From assembly GCA_021818995.1 (NCBI GenBank), contig JAKASP010000001.1, positions 289,252 to 353,251 on the forward strand: 64,000 nt of DNA, read 5' to 3'. The stretch comes from Candidatus Micrarchaeota archaeon (GTDB lineage Archaea; Micrarchaeota; Micrarchaeia; Micrarchaeales; CABMGC01). The notes beneath the pieces were generated by a model. That model searched no databases. It was not told the DNA's origin and saw nothing but the letters and a program-made list of their open reading frames with translations. The translations under genes were made by a program, and so were the position numbers. Below are positions 39,672 through 48,920 of this stretch, in pieces; the stretch's first letter is position 1, and each line of letters begins with the position of its first letter.

Positions 39672-40007
39672 CTACACCGGAACCTGGATTCCCTTTGCCT
39701 TCAGCCTGTCCCTGTCGCCGATGCTGTACCTCCAGACTATGTCACCGCGCTCGTTGCTCTGGACGACCCACGGCTTCACCACCACAAGGTCGTTCTCCTT
39801 TATCCAGAACCTGCGCCTCAGCCTGCCGGGAATGCTGCACACCCTTTCGAAATTGTCCGCGCACCTTATCCTAAACTTCGAGGCGCCAAGGACCTGCGCA
39901 ACCACGCCCACGACCTCACCCTCCTGCGGTATCTTCAACTCGTAGACCGGGGCTGGCCTGCCGCCCCTCCCCCTTCCTCTTCCTCCACCTCCTCTGTGAA
40001 ACGCCAA
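39672..40007 (-). CDS. eif1a: Translation initiation factor aIF-1A
   Basis: RVCSIPGRLRRRFWIKENDLVVVKPW...GDIVWRY. Confidence 0.95.
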   Translation of the reverse strand: MAFHRGGGGRGRGRGGRPAPVYELKIPQEGEVVGVVAQVLGASKFRIRCADNFERVCSIPGRLRRRFWIKENDLVVVKPWVVQSNERGDIVWRYSIGDRDRLKAKGIQVPV

Positions 40008-40008
40008 A

Positions 40009-40431
40009 TCAAGACCTCTTTACCGTGTACCTGGCCCCGCACGCCTCGCAGACAAGCGTCTCATAGCCCCTTTCAGTGCCCTCTATGTGCGTATCGGGCT
40101 TGTGGCACTCCTTGCATATGACATAGGCCTCGAAGTACTTCTTCACCTTGTCGTTCAACACCGCTGCCTGCACCTTCGTGCTTATAGTAAGCTTCTGGTC
40201 GCCGACGCTAACAGGCGCAGCAAGCTCCTTGCTCAGGTACTTGGCGATGTCGCCCTCCTCCCTCCTCGCAACGTCCGCGATCTGCGAGAAGTTCCTGATT
40301 ATCGTCTTGCTTCCCTGTATTATCGAATCGGCCTCAGGCACCTTGAAGTCGGACTTCTCAGCGGCAAGGCTAGGCAGTTGGGAGAAAGCCCTGTCCAGCA
40401 GTTGCTCATAGTTTGAATCCAAAAGGACCAC
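40009..40431 (-). CDS. eif2b: Translation initiation factor aIF-2 beta
   Basis: YEQLLDRA, TIIRNF, YVICKECHKPDT, CEACGA. Confidence 0.95.
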   Translation of the reverse strand: MVLLDSNYEQLLDRAFSQLPSLAAEKSDFKVPEADSIIQGSKTIIRNFSQIADVARREEGDIAKYLSKELAAPVSVGDQKLTISTKVQAAVLNDKVKKYFEAYVICKECHKPDTHIEGTERGYETLVCEACGARYTVKRS

Positions 40432-40490
40432 GGTAAGTATGGGTTTTAGGGATTAATAAGGCATTCGCCTGAAACTGAGAGAGCGTCTGA

Positions 40491-40811
40491 TCAGATTCCG
40501 CCGTCGATGCTGTTTATGCCGTCCCTGTAGCCGTTCTCCACGTGTTCGACAATTTCCTTGTCAAGGCCTTCCGGCATTCTTTTAGCGGCTCTCCAATCGG
40601 TAAAGAACTTGAGCAGTTCCTCCTTAGTCTCGACTCTTCCCCTTTCTCCAATTGTCCTAACTAGTTCCTTTTCCCCAACCAATGCGGCCACAACCATCTT
40701 TTGACCGTTGTAACGCGCAGCCCTGTGGGCGTCGAACAAAAGCACAGCTTCCTCCTGCGTTCTTCCCTTCGCGAGACCTACGAATGTCATACTATCTAAA
40801 AAACATTTCAT
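40491..40811 (-). CDS. Hypothetical protein
   Basis: 106-aa ORF divergent from the SRP RNA. Confidence 0.6.
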   Translation of the reverse strand: MKCFLDSMTFVGLAKGRTQEEAVLLFDAHRAARYNGQKMVVAALVGEKELVRTIGERGRVETKEELLKFFTDWRAAKRMPEGLDKEIVEHVENGYRDGINSIDGGI

Positions 40812-40886
40812 TTCGTCCTATATTAACATTACCTTGAGAAGCGAAACAAGCAACATTTCTTAAACCTCAAATACACATACGATACC

Positions 40887-41148
40887 GCAGCGGGGAGGCG
40901 GGAAGCTAGGGGTTTCCCTCACCGCAAATCCCCTTCGGCGGGCCGCATGCCAGCCGCGTCACATCCGCGCATGCCGGGCCTATGCCAAAGCGTCGAGGTC
41001 TTGCCTCCAGTGGCGGCCTCACGTATGAACCGGGCCAGGCCGGAAGGAGCAACCCTAAGTACATGGGACTGTGCTCTGGAGATACAGGGCTGAGCAGAGG
41101 CGTAGACAACCTTTCATGCGCGCTTGGGGCCAGGCAGGCTCCCGCTGC
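40887..41148 (+). ncRNA. ffs: Signal recognition particle (7S) RNA
   Basis: Helix 8 GGGCCAGGCC-GGAA-GGAGCAACCC; terminal helix GCAGCGGG/CCCGCTGC; TATA-like TTAAA about 25 nt upstream. Confidence 0.9.
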
Positions 41149-41162
41149 ACGTAGTGCTTAGC

Positions 41163-41783
41163 ATGGCTAGAATCGTAAAGGCGAGCAGCTCAGCTGTTTC
41201 CGAGTGCGCGAAGGTGCTGGAATCTGGAGGCATAGTCGCGTATCCCACTGAGACGGTGTACGGATTGGGCGTTGACGCCACAAACCCAAAGGCGCTCAAG
41301 AGCCTCTTCGCAGTAAAGGAGAGGGATATGACAAAACCGTCGTCTGTGGCAGTCTCCGGCATCGAAAAGGCGAAAGAGATAGCGATTTTCAACCAGACAG
41401 CAGAGAAGCTTGCGATGAGATTCCTTCCGGGTCCGATGACTTTGGTGGTCAGGGCGATACTGCCTATGCCGCTCATATCGCTGAACGGGAAGATTGGCAT
41501 AAGGATACCGAGCAACGACTTCTCCAATAAGCTGCTGCGGCAGTTCCCGCGCCCCATCACGGCAACGTCAGCAAACATATCTGGACAGGGCAGCGTAACG
41601 CGCGCATCAGACCTCCACAGCAAGATCATCGACTCCGTAGACGTGGTTGTCGACAGCCAGGAGTCAAAATACGGCCAGGGATCGACCGTTGTGGAGGTTC
41701 TCGACTCAAGAGTCAAAATCCTCAGGGAGGGCGCAATAGCGAGCGAGGAGATAGAAAACATATTAAATGCAAAAACCGAATGA
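41163..41783 (+). CDS. sua5: Threonylcarbamoyl-AMP synthase (single-domain TsaC/Sua5)
   Basis: YPTETVYGL, KER...KP, PGPMT, TSANISG, STVV. Confidence 0.93.
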   Translation: MARIVKASSSAVSECAKVLESGGIVAYPTETVYGLGVDATNPKALKSLFAVKERDMTKPSSVAVSGIEKAKEIAIFNQTAEKLAMRFLPGPMTLVVRAILPMPLISLNGKIGIRIPSNDFSNKLLRQFPRPITATSANISGQGSVTRASDLHSKIIDSVDVVVDSQESKYGQGSTVVEVLDSRVKILREGAIASEEIENILNAKTE

Positions 41784-41791
41784 TAACCCGT

Positions 41792-41876
41792 GCTGGGTTC
41801 GCCTAGTGGTAGGGCGGCAGCCTGCTAAGCTGTTTGGCCGTTATGGCCTTCGCGAGTTCGATTCTCGCACCCAGCG
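41792..41876 (+). tRNA. tRNA-Ser(GCT)
   Basis: Cloverleaf, loop CT-GCT-AA, long variable arm, G73. Confidence 0.95.
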
Positions 41877-41943
41877 TCCTGCTTAACCAAAACAAAAGCA
41901 GAGCAACGTTTATAAAACGGGAAAATACACTCTTCTTGATTGA

Positions 41944-42966
41944 ATGCCGATAAAGGAACGGAAGCGGGAAGGGCAAGAGTTTCTTCTTTCAAAACTGAGG
42001 GAGGAGCCAGAGAGGTTCATCACCGCAAGCTCCTACCTTAAGGACGAGGCTGACCGAAGCAGGACGAGTGTCCCAAAGCTCCTTGACAAGCTTGCGAAGA
42101 ATCTTTCCGAGGGCAAGCCGGTCAGCGGAACTGTAGCAAGAGCGGACCCAGCGCAATTCCTTGCACGCATACACGCAGTGCACGATGACGTCTCGGCCCC
42201 GTCGCAGCTCGATGACAGCGAATACTCAAGGCAGACAGATTTCATAATGGAACTCAAGAACGCCGCGAGCAGGCACTCGCTGCAGCCAGAAACGCTGCTT
42301 AACAAGATAGAGAAGGAACTTTACGCAAATGCTCTTCACATAGACCTGGAAGATATCGAGCGAAAGGACAGAGCCCTGGGATTCGGCTCTCAGTCGACAT
42401 TCGAGACCATAGCTGCAGGGCTCAGAGATGCGTACAAGCGCCTGCTCAAATCCGCGATTGTGAGCCTCGATACGCTGGTTGGCAATCCGCTTGCGCTTCT
42501 CGCACGGGAGGAGCGGGACTCCAGCCTGTCAAAAGAGATAACGAGCGCCCAGATGCATCTCGGGAAAAAGATGGCCGAAGCCGGTGACCTCGGGCTATCA
42601 TTTTCCCTGGATGTCGACTGGTCGACGCTGATCAAAGACGATGATGTGGTCAACCCGCAGAACAAATCAATCGATGGCCGATTCATCAAGCTGCTCCCGG
42701 AAGACGCGGTAATGTTCTTCGGCAGCGGTGACGGAGGCGACAAGCTGGTAGTAAGGTTCAGCGACATCAAGAGCGTCTCGCTCGTTGACGAAAAACAGAA
42801 GCTGAAGAGCATCGTGTACAACGATCAGACATTCATGCTAATTATGAAGGAGATGCTCTCTACGAACGGGTTCAACCCGTTCATGATGGCCCACATGCTT
42901 TACGAGATGAAGGACAGCATCGTCAACAAGGGCGTTAGGCCTCTAGTCAACACTGGCAGGATGTAG
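41944..42966 (+). CDS. Hypothetical protein
   Basis: 340-aa ORF with an upstream TTTATAAA box; no recognised motif. Confidence 0.75.
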   Translation: MPIKERKREGQEFLLSKLREEPERFITASSYLKDEADRSRTSVPKLLDKLAKNLSEGKPVSGTVARADPAQFLARIHAVHDDVSAPSQLDDSEYSRQTDFIMELKNAASRHSLQPETLLNKIEKELYANALHIDLEDIERKDRALGFGSQSTFETIAAGLRDAYKRLLKSAIVSLDTLVGNPLALLAREERDSSLSKEITSAQMHLGKKMAEAGDLGLSFSLDVDWSTLIKDDDVVNPQNKSIDGRFIKLLPEDAVMFFGSGDGGDKLVVRFSDIKSVSLVDEKQKLKSIVYNDQTFMLIMKEMLSTNGFNPFMMAHMLYEMKDSIVNKGVRPLVNTGRM

Positions 42967-42968
42967 TT

Positions 42969-43454
42969 TCACCACGCGAATGTCCTTTCCATCAGGAAAT
43001 CGTAGTTGTCGCGCTTTCCCTTCTCATTCTTTATATCGCCTGCATGCCTCTCACAGAGGTAGATGCTCTTTCCGTTCCTCAGCGTGATCAGCATGTTCGC
43101 TAGCGTGTATGCGCTTTCGTCGTGCATGCAGAAATCGCAGCACGTATATGACAGCATCACCTCCTTAGGCTCGGTTATCCCCGTGATGTCCTTGACGAGC
43201 TTGGCGATGACCCCCTGGACAACGTACGCCCTTCCGCACTCTTTGCATTCCACCACTCCGTACCATTCGAATGGCATCCTGCCCTTGTATTCGAGCGTGA
43301 ACTGCTTGCCGTTCAGGCTTGCGCTCACCTTCAGATCTGGGTTGCGAGCGTAGTAGGCTTCATGCTCCGTATCCTTCAGGCAAAAGGGGCAGCGCCTTAT
43401 GATCAGCATCGTGCGCTGGAGTTCCAGCTTCTTCTTCTCAGAGACTACGGCCAT
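42969..43454 (-). CDS. Putative double zinc-finger protein
   Basis: CPFC...CKEC and CDFC...CERH. Confidence 0.7.
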   Translation of the reverse strand: MAVVSEKKKLELQRTMLIIRRCPFCLKDTEHEAYYARNPDLKVSASLNGKQFTLEYKGRMPFEWYGVVECKECGRAYVVQGVIAKLVKDITGITEPKEVMLSYTCCDFCMHDESAYTLANMLITLRNGKSIYLCERHAGDIKNEKGKRDNYDFLMERTFAW

Positions 43455-43510
43455 CGAATCCCGCTTGCGCTAGCAAGCAATAACTTTCTTAGTAATAAGA
43501 AAAGTTAAGC

Positions 43511-43798
43511 CTATGCTGACGCAGTCGCTGGCTCGCCGATTGCGAACCTGGTCCTTACGTCGGTTACCTTCACTGTCAGTTTGTCTCCAGGCTTAGCGCC
43601 CTTGACGAAGATGACAAAGCCGTCCTTCTTGGCTATGCCGTCCCCTCTCGAGGCCATTCCTTCTATAGTCACTTCCAGTACGTCTCCGACCTTGACAGGC
43701 TTGGGCAGGAAATAGTTAGGGTTCATTCCCCTTCTTTCTCCTCTGTCTCCTCCTCTGTCTCCTCTGCCACGTCCTCCTTCTTCTTCTCCGTATGTCAT
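43511..43798 (-). CDS. Single-TRAM-domain RNA chaperone with an RG-rich N-terminus
   Basis: PVKVGD...GDGIAKKDGFVIFVKGA..GD...RFAIG. Confidence 0.92.
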   Translation of the reverse strand: MTYGEEEGGRGRGDRGGDRGERRGMNPNYFLPKPVKVGDVLEVTIEGMASRGDGIAKKDGFVIFVKGAKPGDKLTVKVTDVRTRFAIGEPATASA

Positions 43799-43882
43799 TT
43801 CATTTCCTCCGCAGAATTAGTTTCCGCAGTGATTGTTATTTGGTTCGCGCCTATATAAATCTATGTTTTTGTCGTCAGTAAG

Positions 43883-44521
43883 TCACTCTCCTTCCCGCAG
43901 CGCCTGGAAGAAAGAGGACAGGCGCGGAAATACGTGCTCCGGGTTCTCTACGCTGAGCGACTCCAGGGAACCTATGCCATCTGCCACGCCGCACGAGTCC
44001 ATTCCCGCGAGCTTCGCTGTCAGTATGTCTCCTGCCATGTCGCCAACGTACAGGCACTTCTCCTTTGGGACACGCAGCCTGTCTGTAAGCAGCAGAAGGC
44101 CAGTCGGGTTCGGCTTGTAGCGGCTTATGGATTCCGCGCTGAGCGCGAAGTCCACGTAGTCGCGGACTCCCAACTGCTTTGTCTCGCTGAGCAGCCTATA
44201 CGCCTTCGAGTCGCTGAAGATCGCGATCTTCTTGCCCTTCCCCTTAAGGAACTTCAGGAGTTCCAGGGCGCCAGGCTTGAGCTTCGGCCTGAAGATGAGC
44301 GAGTACGCATCGTCAAACAGTGAGTAGATCTTGCTCGTCTCCTCCTTGACCGCCACGCCCTCCGTTGAGAAGTTCGATGGTGCCGATTTTCTCAGCGTCT
44401 CAGCGCTCCTGTGCTTTCCGCGCCTGCTAGCCATGTACAGCAGCGTTACAAGTAGCGTAGAGGTGGTCAGCGTGTGGTCCCAATCGAAGATGAACAGCTC
44501 GTAATGAGAGAGAAGCCGCAT
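43883..44521 (-). CDS. HAD-superfamily hydrolase
   Basis: FDWDHTL, KPNP, YVGDM..D; ATG at 44521. Confidence 0.88.
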   Translation of the reverse strand: MRLLSHYELFIFDWDHTLTTSTLLVTLLYMASRRGKHRSAETLRKSAPSNFSTEGVAVKEETSKIYSLFDDAYSLIFRPKLKPGALELLKFLKGKGKKIAIFSDSKAYRLLSETKQLGVRDYVDFALSAESISRYKPNPTGLLLLTDRLRVPKEKCLYVGDMAGDILTAKLAGMDSCGVADGIGSLESLSVENPEHVFPRLSSFFQALREGE

Positions 44522-44552
44522 AGGGTTAATAATCCTGTTTAACGAATAAAAG

Positions 44553-44617
44553 GATATGTGATGACAAAGGTGATCGCTGAGCTTCGGCGATGACGAGAGA
44601 TAGGCGGTCTGATACTT
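44553..44617 (+). ncRNA. Box C/D guide sRNA
   Basis: C box GTGATGA (44558-64), 12-nt guide, D' CTGA (44577-80), C' cGATGA (44588-93), 15-nt guide, D CTGA (44609-12); intergenic. Confidence 0.85.
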
Positions 44618-44648
44618 TGGTGTTCGCGTGCAGGTTGGGGGAAGTGGT

Positions 44649-45500
44649 GTGCTCAAAAAGCTCGGAAAGAGCTCGATCCTAGTGACCGACATCGCGAACC
44701 AGTTCTGGTGCGAGAGGCAGATGGAGTTCAACTACCTCTACGGCAAGAAGTACACAAAATACATGGCGCAGGGCAAGCAGCTCCACGAGGCGCTGCAGGA
44801 CGAGGTCTACGTGCCCCTCACGATAGAGCCCGTGACGTACATGGACGTCATGTACAAGACAGCGTACGAGAACTACCGTTCGCTGCTCTCGCTCAAGGAG
44901 AAGGGCATATGCAGGGAGCTGCGCGTCTACGGCTCGCTAAACGGCTACAGGCTCTCTGGCCAGATAGATGAGATGAAGGTTGTTGGTGGGAAGGCGAAGG
45001 TCATAGAGAGGAAGACGACCGACGCGAGCAGGAAGCTTACGGAGGTCTATACCAGGCCGCACGTGATGCAGGTGCGGCTCTACAGGAAGATGCTCGGTGA
45101 CATAAGGGCCAAAAAATACACGCACGACAACTTCGTAAACATATACGGGTTGAAGAAGGACGGCCTTTCAGAAACGTTTCGGCGCGAGCTGCATGCGATG
45201 GGCATAAAGGACGAACTCGCGAATCCGTATTCCATGTCCGAGCTCATGTTCAACGCACTTTACTCTATTCCTGATCTGAGCGACAGGCTCGAGGTGGCAT
45301 ACGTTGACAGGTTCAGCGGAAAGCAGATAAGCAGCATGGAGATAGATTACAACGAGGAGAAGATGTCCGTAGACATTGCCTATGCGCTCAAGTTCTGGAA
45401 CGGCGAGCGCGAGTCAGCGCCGGTCGTGGAATCTGAGAAATGGAAGTGCAACTTCTGCAAGTTCTTCGGGAAAGAATGCAAGGTCTGGTGGACTGGTTGA
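44649..45500 (+). CDS. Exonuclease V (Exo5)/Cas4-like PD-(D/E)xK nuclease with an Fe-S cluster
   Basis: VTDIANQFWCERQ, GQIDE, IERKT, QVRLY, C-terminal CNFCKF...C. Confidence 0.82.
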   Translation: MLKKLGKSSILVTDIANQFWCERQMEFNYLYGKKYTKYMAQGKQLHEALQDEVYVPLTIEPVTYMDVMYKTAYENYRSLLSLKEKGICRELRVYGSLNGYRLSGQIDEMKVVGGKAKVIERKTTDASRKLTEVYTRPHVMQVRLYRKMLGDIRAKKYTHDNFVNIYGLKKDGLSETFRRELHAMGIKDELANPYSMSELMFNALYSIPDLSDRLEVAYVDRFSGKQISSMEIDYNEEKMSVDIAYALKFWNGERESAPVVESEKWKCNFCKFFGKECKVWWTG

Positions 45501-45501
45501 G

Positions 45502-48186
45502 ATGCTCAGCATAGACGGCCATAAGCTTAGCAAAGGTGCGTTGCTCGCTGAGTTTGGCAAGAGCCCAAAGGAGTACTACGCTACAAAGATCTTCGAGGAG
45601 AAAGGGTTTAGCAGGCAGAAGTGCAGCCTGTGCGGCAAATGGTTCTGGGCGATAGGCGAGACGAACAACTGCGGCGACGCGGCCCATACGCCATACTCTT
45701 TCTTCAAGGAGAAACCAAACGCCATAAGCTACACCGAGTTCTGGAACAGGTTCTCCGGTTTCTTCAAGAGAAACGGACATGCTATAGTGAAGAGGTACCC
45801 GGTCGTGAGCAGGTGGCGCCAGGACCTCTACTTCACAATAGCCGGCATACAGGACTTCCAAAGGATAGAGAACGGCAAGATGAGCTTCGAGTACAGCGCG
45901 AACCCGCTCCTGGTCCCGCAGCCCTGCCTCAGGTTCAAGGACATAGAGAACGTGGGCGTTACCGGCAGGCACTTCACCACTTTCGTGATGGCGAACCAGA
46001 CCTCGTTCAACTATCCCAAGGAGGGCTACTGGCGCGACAAGACCATAGAGCTCAACTTCAACTTCCTGACAAAGGTCATGGGCATAGAGCCAGAGGAGAT
46101 AAGGTACCAGGAGGACGTCTGGGCCATGCCCGACTTCTCAGAGTTCGGCCCGAGCCTCGAGTTCTTCTCGAAAGGTGCGGAACTTGGAAACAACGTCTTT
46201 ACGCAATTCGAGCTTTCTGGCGGCAAGGTGCAGGAGCTGGCTGGCAAGGTGGTGGACACGGGCTGGGGCTTCGAGCGCAACTTCTGGTTCTACACGGGGT
46301 TCAGCACAGCCTATGAGGCCGTCTTCAGCAGGACGCTCTCTAAGATAGAGAACGAGCTCAACATAGAGTTCGACACCAACTTCTACTCGAAGTTCGCCAA
46401 GTACGGAGGCACGCTCAATATGGAGGAAGTGCGCGACATAGCAGAAGCGGAAAGGCGAGTGCTCAGGGAGGCGAAGATCACTCCGCACGATTACGAGAAG
46501 AAGATAAAGCCAATGCAGGCGGTGTACGCACTCCTGGACCACACACGAACACTGCTCTTCGCAATAACCGACGGCTCGCTGCCGTCGAACGTCGGCGGCG
46601 GCTACAACCTCAGGATACTCCTGAGGCGGGCCTTCGACTTCATAGACGAGTACGGGTTCAGGGTTGACATGCGCACCCTTGCTGAGCTGATAGCGGAGGA
46701 GCTCAAGCCGATGTACCCCGAGCTTTCGACGAAGCACGACATCTTCGAAAAGGTCGTGCAGGTCGAGCGGGACAGGTACGAACGCGCAAGAGAGGGGGCG
46801 AAGCGCGCGGTCGAGGTCCTGCTCGAGAAGGGCAACAGGATATCGCTCGAGCAGATGCGAACGCTCTACGAGAGCCAGGGGGCGACCCCAGAGCTGATAG
46901 CAAAGGTCGCAGCTGAAAAGAAGGTCAAGATAGAGATGCCAGAGGGCGCGTACACCGAGTTCGTGAAGGGCGATATGGCCAAGAAGGAGAAGCACATCGC
47001 CCATGATGTGGATCTCCCAAGGAGCCTGCCCCCTACAAAGAAGCTCTACTACGATTTTACAACGAGATCCAAGGCGAAGGTGCTCTTCGCAAAGGGCAAC
47101 CACTTCGTGCTCGACAAGACACCGTTCTACCCAGAGGGCGGTGGCCAGGTCGCCGACTCCGGAACAGTCGACGGCATAAGGATCTCCGACGTGCAGAAGG
47201 TAGGAGACGTGATCGTTCACTTCACAGAGAAGAATTCAGGGCTTAAGAAGGGCGAGATCGTCGAGGCGGAGGTCGATGAGCAGCGCAGGAACGCGATAGT
47301 AGCGCACCACACCGCTACGCACCTGATAAGCGCGGCCGCGAGAAAGGTGCTGGGCGAGCACGCGTGGCAGGAAGGTGCAAAGAAGGAACCGGGCAAGGCG
47401 CACATAGACATAGCACATTACGACAAGCTCACAGAGCAGGACGTTAATGCGATAGAGACGATGGTCAACGCATGGCTCTTCAACGGGATAAGGGTGCATG
47501 CCGAGGAGCTGAGCAGGGGCGACGCCGAAGAAAAGTACGGATTTTCCATATACCAGGGCCACGGGGCTCCGGCAAAGAAGATGAGGATAGTCACGATCAG
47601 GAACAGGGAGAACAAACTGATAGACGCGGAGGCGTGCGGTGGCATACACGCGGTCGGGAGGGAGAACCTGCTCGGCATAGTGAGCATAATCGGCACAGCA
47701 AGGATACACGACGGCATCGACAGGATTGAGTTCGTGGCCGGACCGGCGGCGCTCAAGCGCTTCGAGGAGATGCACAGGCAGCTCGACTCGCTCTCGAAGA
47801 TGTTCAACGTAGAGCCCAGCGCAGTAGCCGAGAAGATCGGCGCGCAGCAGGAGGAGCTCAGGGCGCTGCACAAGCAGACCGAGAAGAGCGGCGAGTTGCT
47901 AGCCACAAGCATAGCAGAGTCCATTCCCGACGAGGAGACGATAGAGCGCGAGCTCGAAGTTGACAGGAGGATGATGATAAAGATAGCGGATCTGCTTGTT
48001 AAGAGGAACAACGACGCTGTCGTGCTGCTCAGGAACAAGGAGGGCATAGTGATCTGCGTGGCAGGACCATCATCGAAGAAGAACGCCGCGGAGGTGCTCG
48101 CCTCGAAGCTGAAGGGCCAGAAATTCCAAGGAGGCGGCTCGAAGAGGTTTGCCGAGGCGCGGGTCGAGCGGAAGGAGGCGCATTGA
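45502..48186 (+). CDS. alaS: Alanyl-tRNA synthetase
   Basis: YPVVSRWR, VGVTGRH, DTGWGFER, FYPEGGGQ, HTATH, EACGG.H. Confidence 0.97.
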   Translation: MLSIDGHKLSKGALLAEFGKSPKEYYATKIFEEKGFSRQKCSLCGKWFWAIGETNNCGDAAHTPYSFFKEKPNAISYTEFWNRFSGFFKRNGHAIVKRYPVVSRWRQDLYFTIAGIQDFQRIENGKMSFEYSANPLLVPQPCLRFKDIENVGVTGRHFTTFVMANQTSFNYPKEGYWRDKTIELNFNFLTKVMGIEPEEIRYQEDVWAMPDFSEFGPSLEFFSKGAELGNNVFTQFELSGGKVQELAGKVVDTGWGFERNFWFYTGFSTAYEAVFSRTLSKIENELNIEFDTNFYSKFAKYGGTLNMEEVRDIAEAERRVLREAKITPHDYEKKIKPMQAVYALLDHTRTLLFAITDGSLPSNVGGGYNLRILLRRAFDFIDEYGFRVDMRTLAELIAEELKPMYPELSTKHDIFEKVVQVERDRYERAREGAKRAVEVLLEKGNRISLEQMRTLYESQGATPELIAKVAAEKKVKIEMPEGAYTEFVKGDMAKKEKHIAHDVDLPRSLPPTKKLYYDFTTRSKAKVLFAKGNHFVLDKTPFYPEGGGQVADSGTVDGIRISDVQKVGDVIVHFTEKNSGLKKGEIVEAEVDEQRRNAIVAHHTATHLISAAARKVLGEHAWQEGAKKEPGKAHIDIAHYDKLTEQDVNAIETMVNAWLFNGIRVHAEELSRGDAEEKYGFSIYQGHGAPAKKMRIVTIRNRENKLIDAEACGGIHAVGRENLLGIVSIIGTARIHDGIDRIEFVAGPAALKRFEEMHRQLDSLSKMFNVEPSAVAEKIGAQQEELRALHKQTEKSGELLATSIAESIPDEETIERELEVDRRMMIKIADLLVKRNNDAVVLLRNKEGIVICVAGPSSKKNAAEVLASKLKGQKFQGGGSKRFAEARVERKEAH

Positions 48187-48692
48187 TGTCTGTAGTGGGC
48201 TTCCTCTATAGTTTTCTCATCTACCCGATAATCTTCATACTGCCAGCCTGGATAGCGAACGGCACTCCTGTAATCTTCGGCGGAGGCAAGCCGCTGGACA
48301 TGGGCAAAAAACTTGGCGGTAAGCCAATATTCGGAAAGCACAAGACACTGCGCGGCACGCTTTCCGGGGTCATCGGAGGTTTCATCATATCTGTGCTCGA
48401 GCTCGCATTCTTCAACCAGGCTCTCGCAATCGGATTCGCCCTGACGATAGGCGCGATAGTTGGCGACCTGATTGGCAGCTTCATAAAACGCAGGATAGGA
48501 GTAAGGGAAGGCGTGAGCGTCGCTATTCTCGATCAGTACTCATTCTTCGTAGTCGCACTCATACTCGCGTTTCCGTTCGGCGGCCTGCCGAACGTTGTGG
48601 GCCTCGTTGTGCTCATTGTGCTAACCGGTCTGCTACACAGGGGCACAAACGTGCTGGCGCACAAGGCGAAGATAAAGCAGGTTCCGTGGTGA
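48186..48692 (+). CDS. carS: CDP-archaeol synthase
   Basis: PAWIAN.TP...PLD.G, KT.RG, GDLIGSFIKRR, LDQ, IKQVPW. Confidence 0.92.
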   Translation: MSVVGFLYSFLIYPIIFILPAWIANGTPVIFGGGKPLDMGKKLGGKPIFGKHKTLRGTLSGVIGGFIISVLELAFFNQALAIGFALTIGAIVGDLIGSFIKRRIGVREGVSVAILDQYSFFVVALILAFPFGGLPNVVGLVVLIVLTGLLHRGTNVLAHKAKIKQVPW

Positions 48693-48712
48693 GTGCAGCT
48701 GCATGCCTCATT

Positions 48713-48862
48713 TCATGCAGCAACCCTGTGGCCACATTCGCCACAGGTAGAACCTCCCAGATATTCAGAAGGGCTGAGGTCTTGCTCTGCGCACGGGCAT
48801 CCGCAGTCTACTGCTGCCCAAGTTTCAGTTTCGTTATCCCACTCGGTGCAATTGCTGCACAC
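48713..48862 (-). CDS. Putative 49-aa Cys-rich microprotein (not in the ORF track)
   Basis: GGAGA then GTG start; MCSNC...CGCPC...CGECGH. Confidence 0.5.
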   Translation of the reverse strand: MCSNCTEWDNETETWAAVDCGCPCAEQDLSPSEYLGGSTCGECGHRVAA

Positions 48863-48920
48863 TTTATTCTCCGTGAGTATTTTTAAGCAAATTTATTTAA
48901 ACACAGGTTGACATAGGTAG

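Noticed and set aside
40440..40495. Second C/D sRNA (two CTGA motifs)
   Set aside because: No C box, and the putative guide is too short.
40887..41148. RNase P RNA, or the 67-aa ORF at 40906-41109
   Set aside because: No P4 motifs are present; the helix 8 signature identifies SRP RNA, and the ORF is its antisense shadow.
44628..45500. CRISPR-Cas locus suggested by the Cas4-like nuclease
   Set aside because: No repeat-spacer array and no other cas genes anywhere in the window; the motifs fit Exo5 better.
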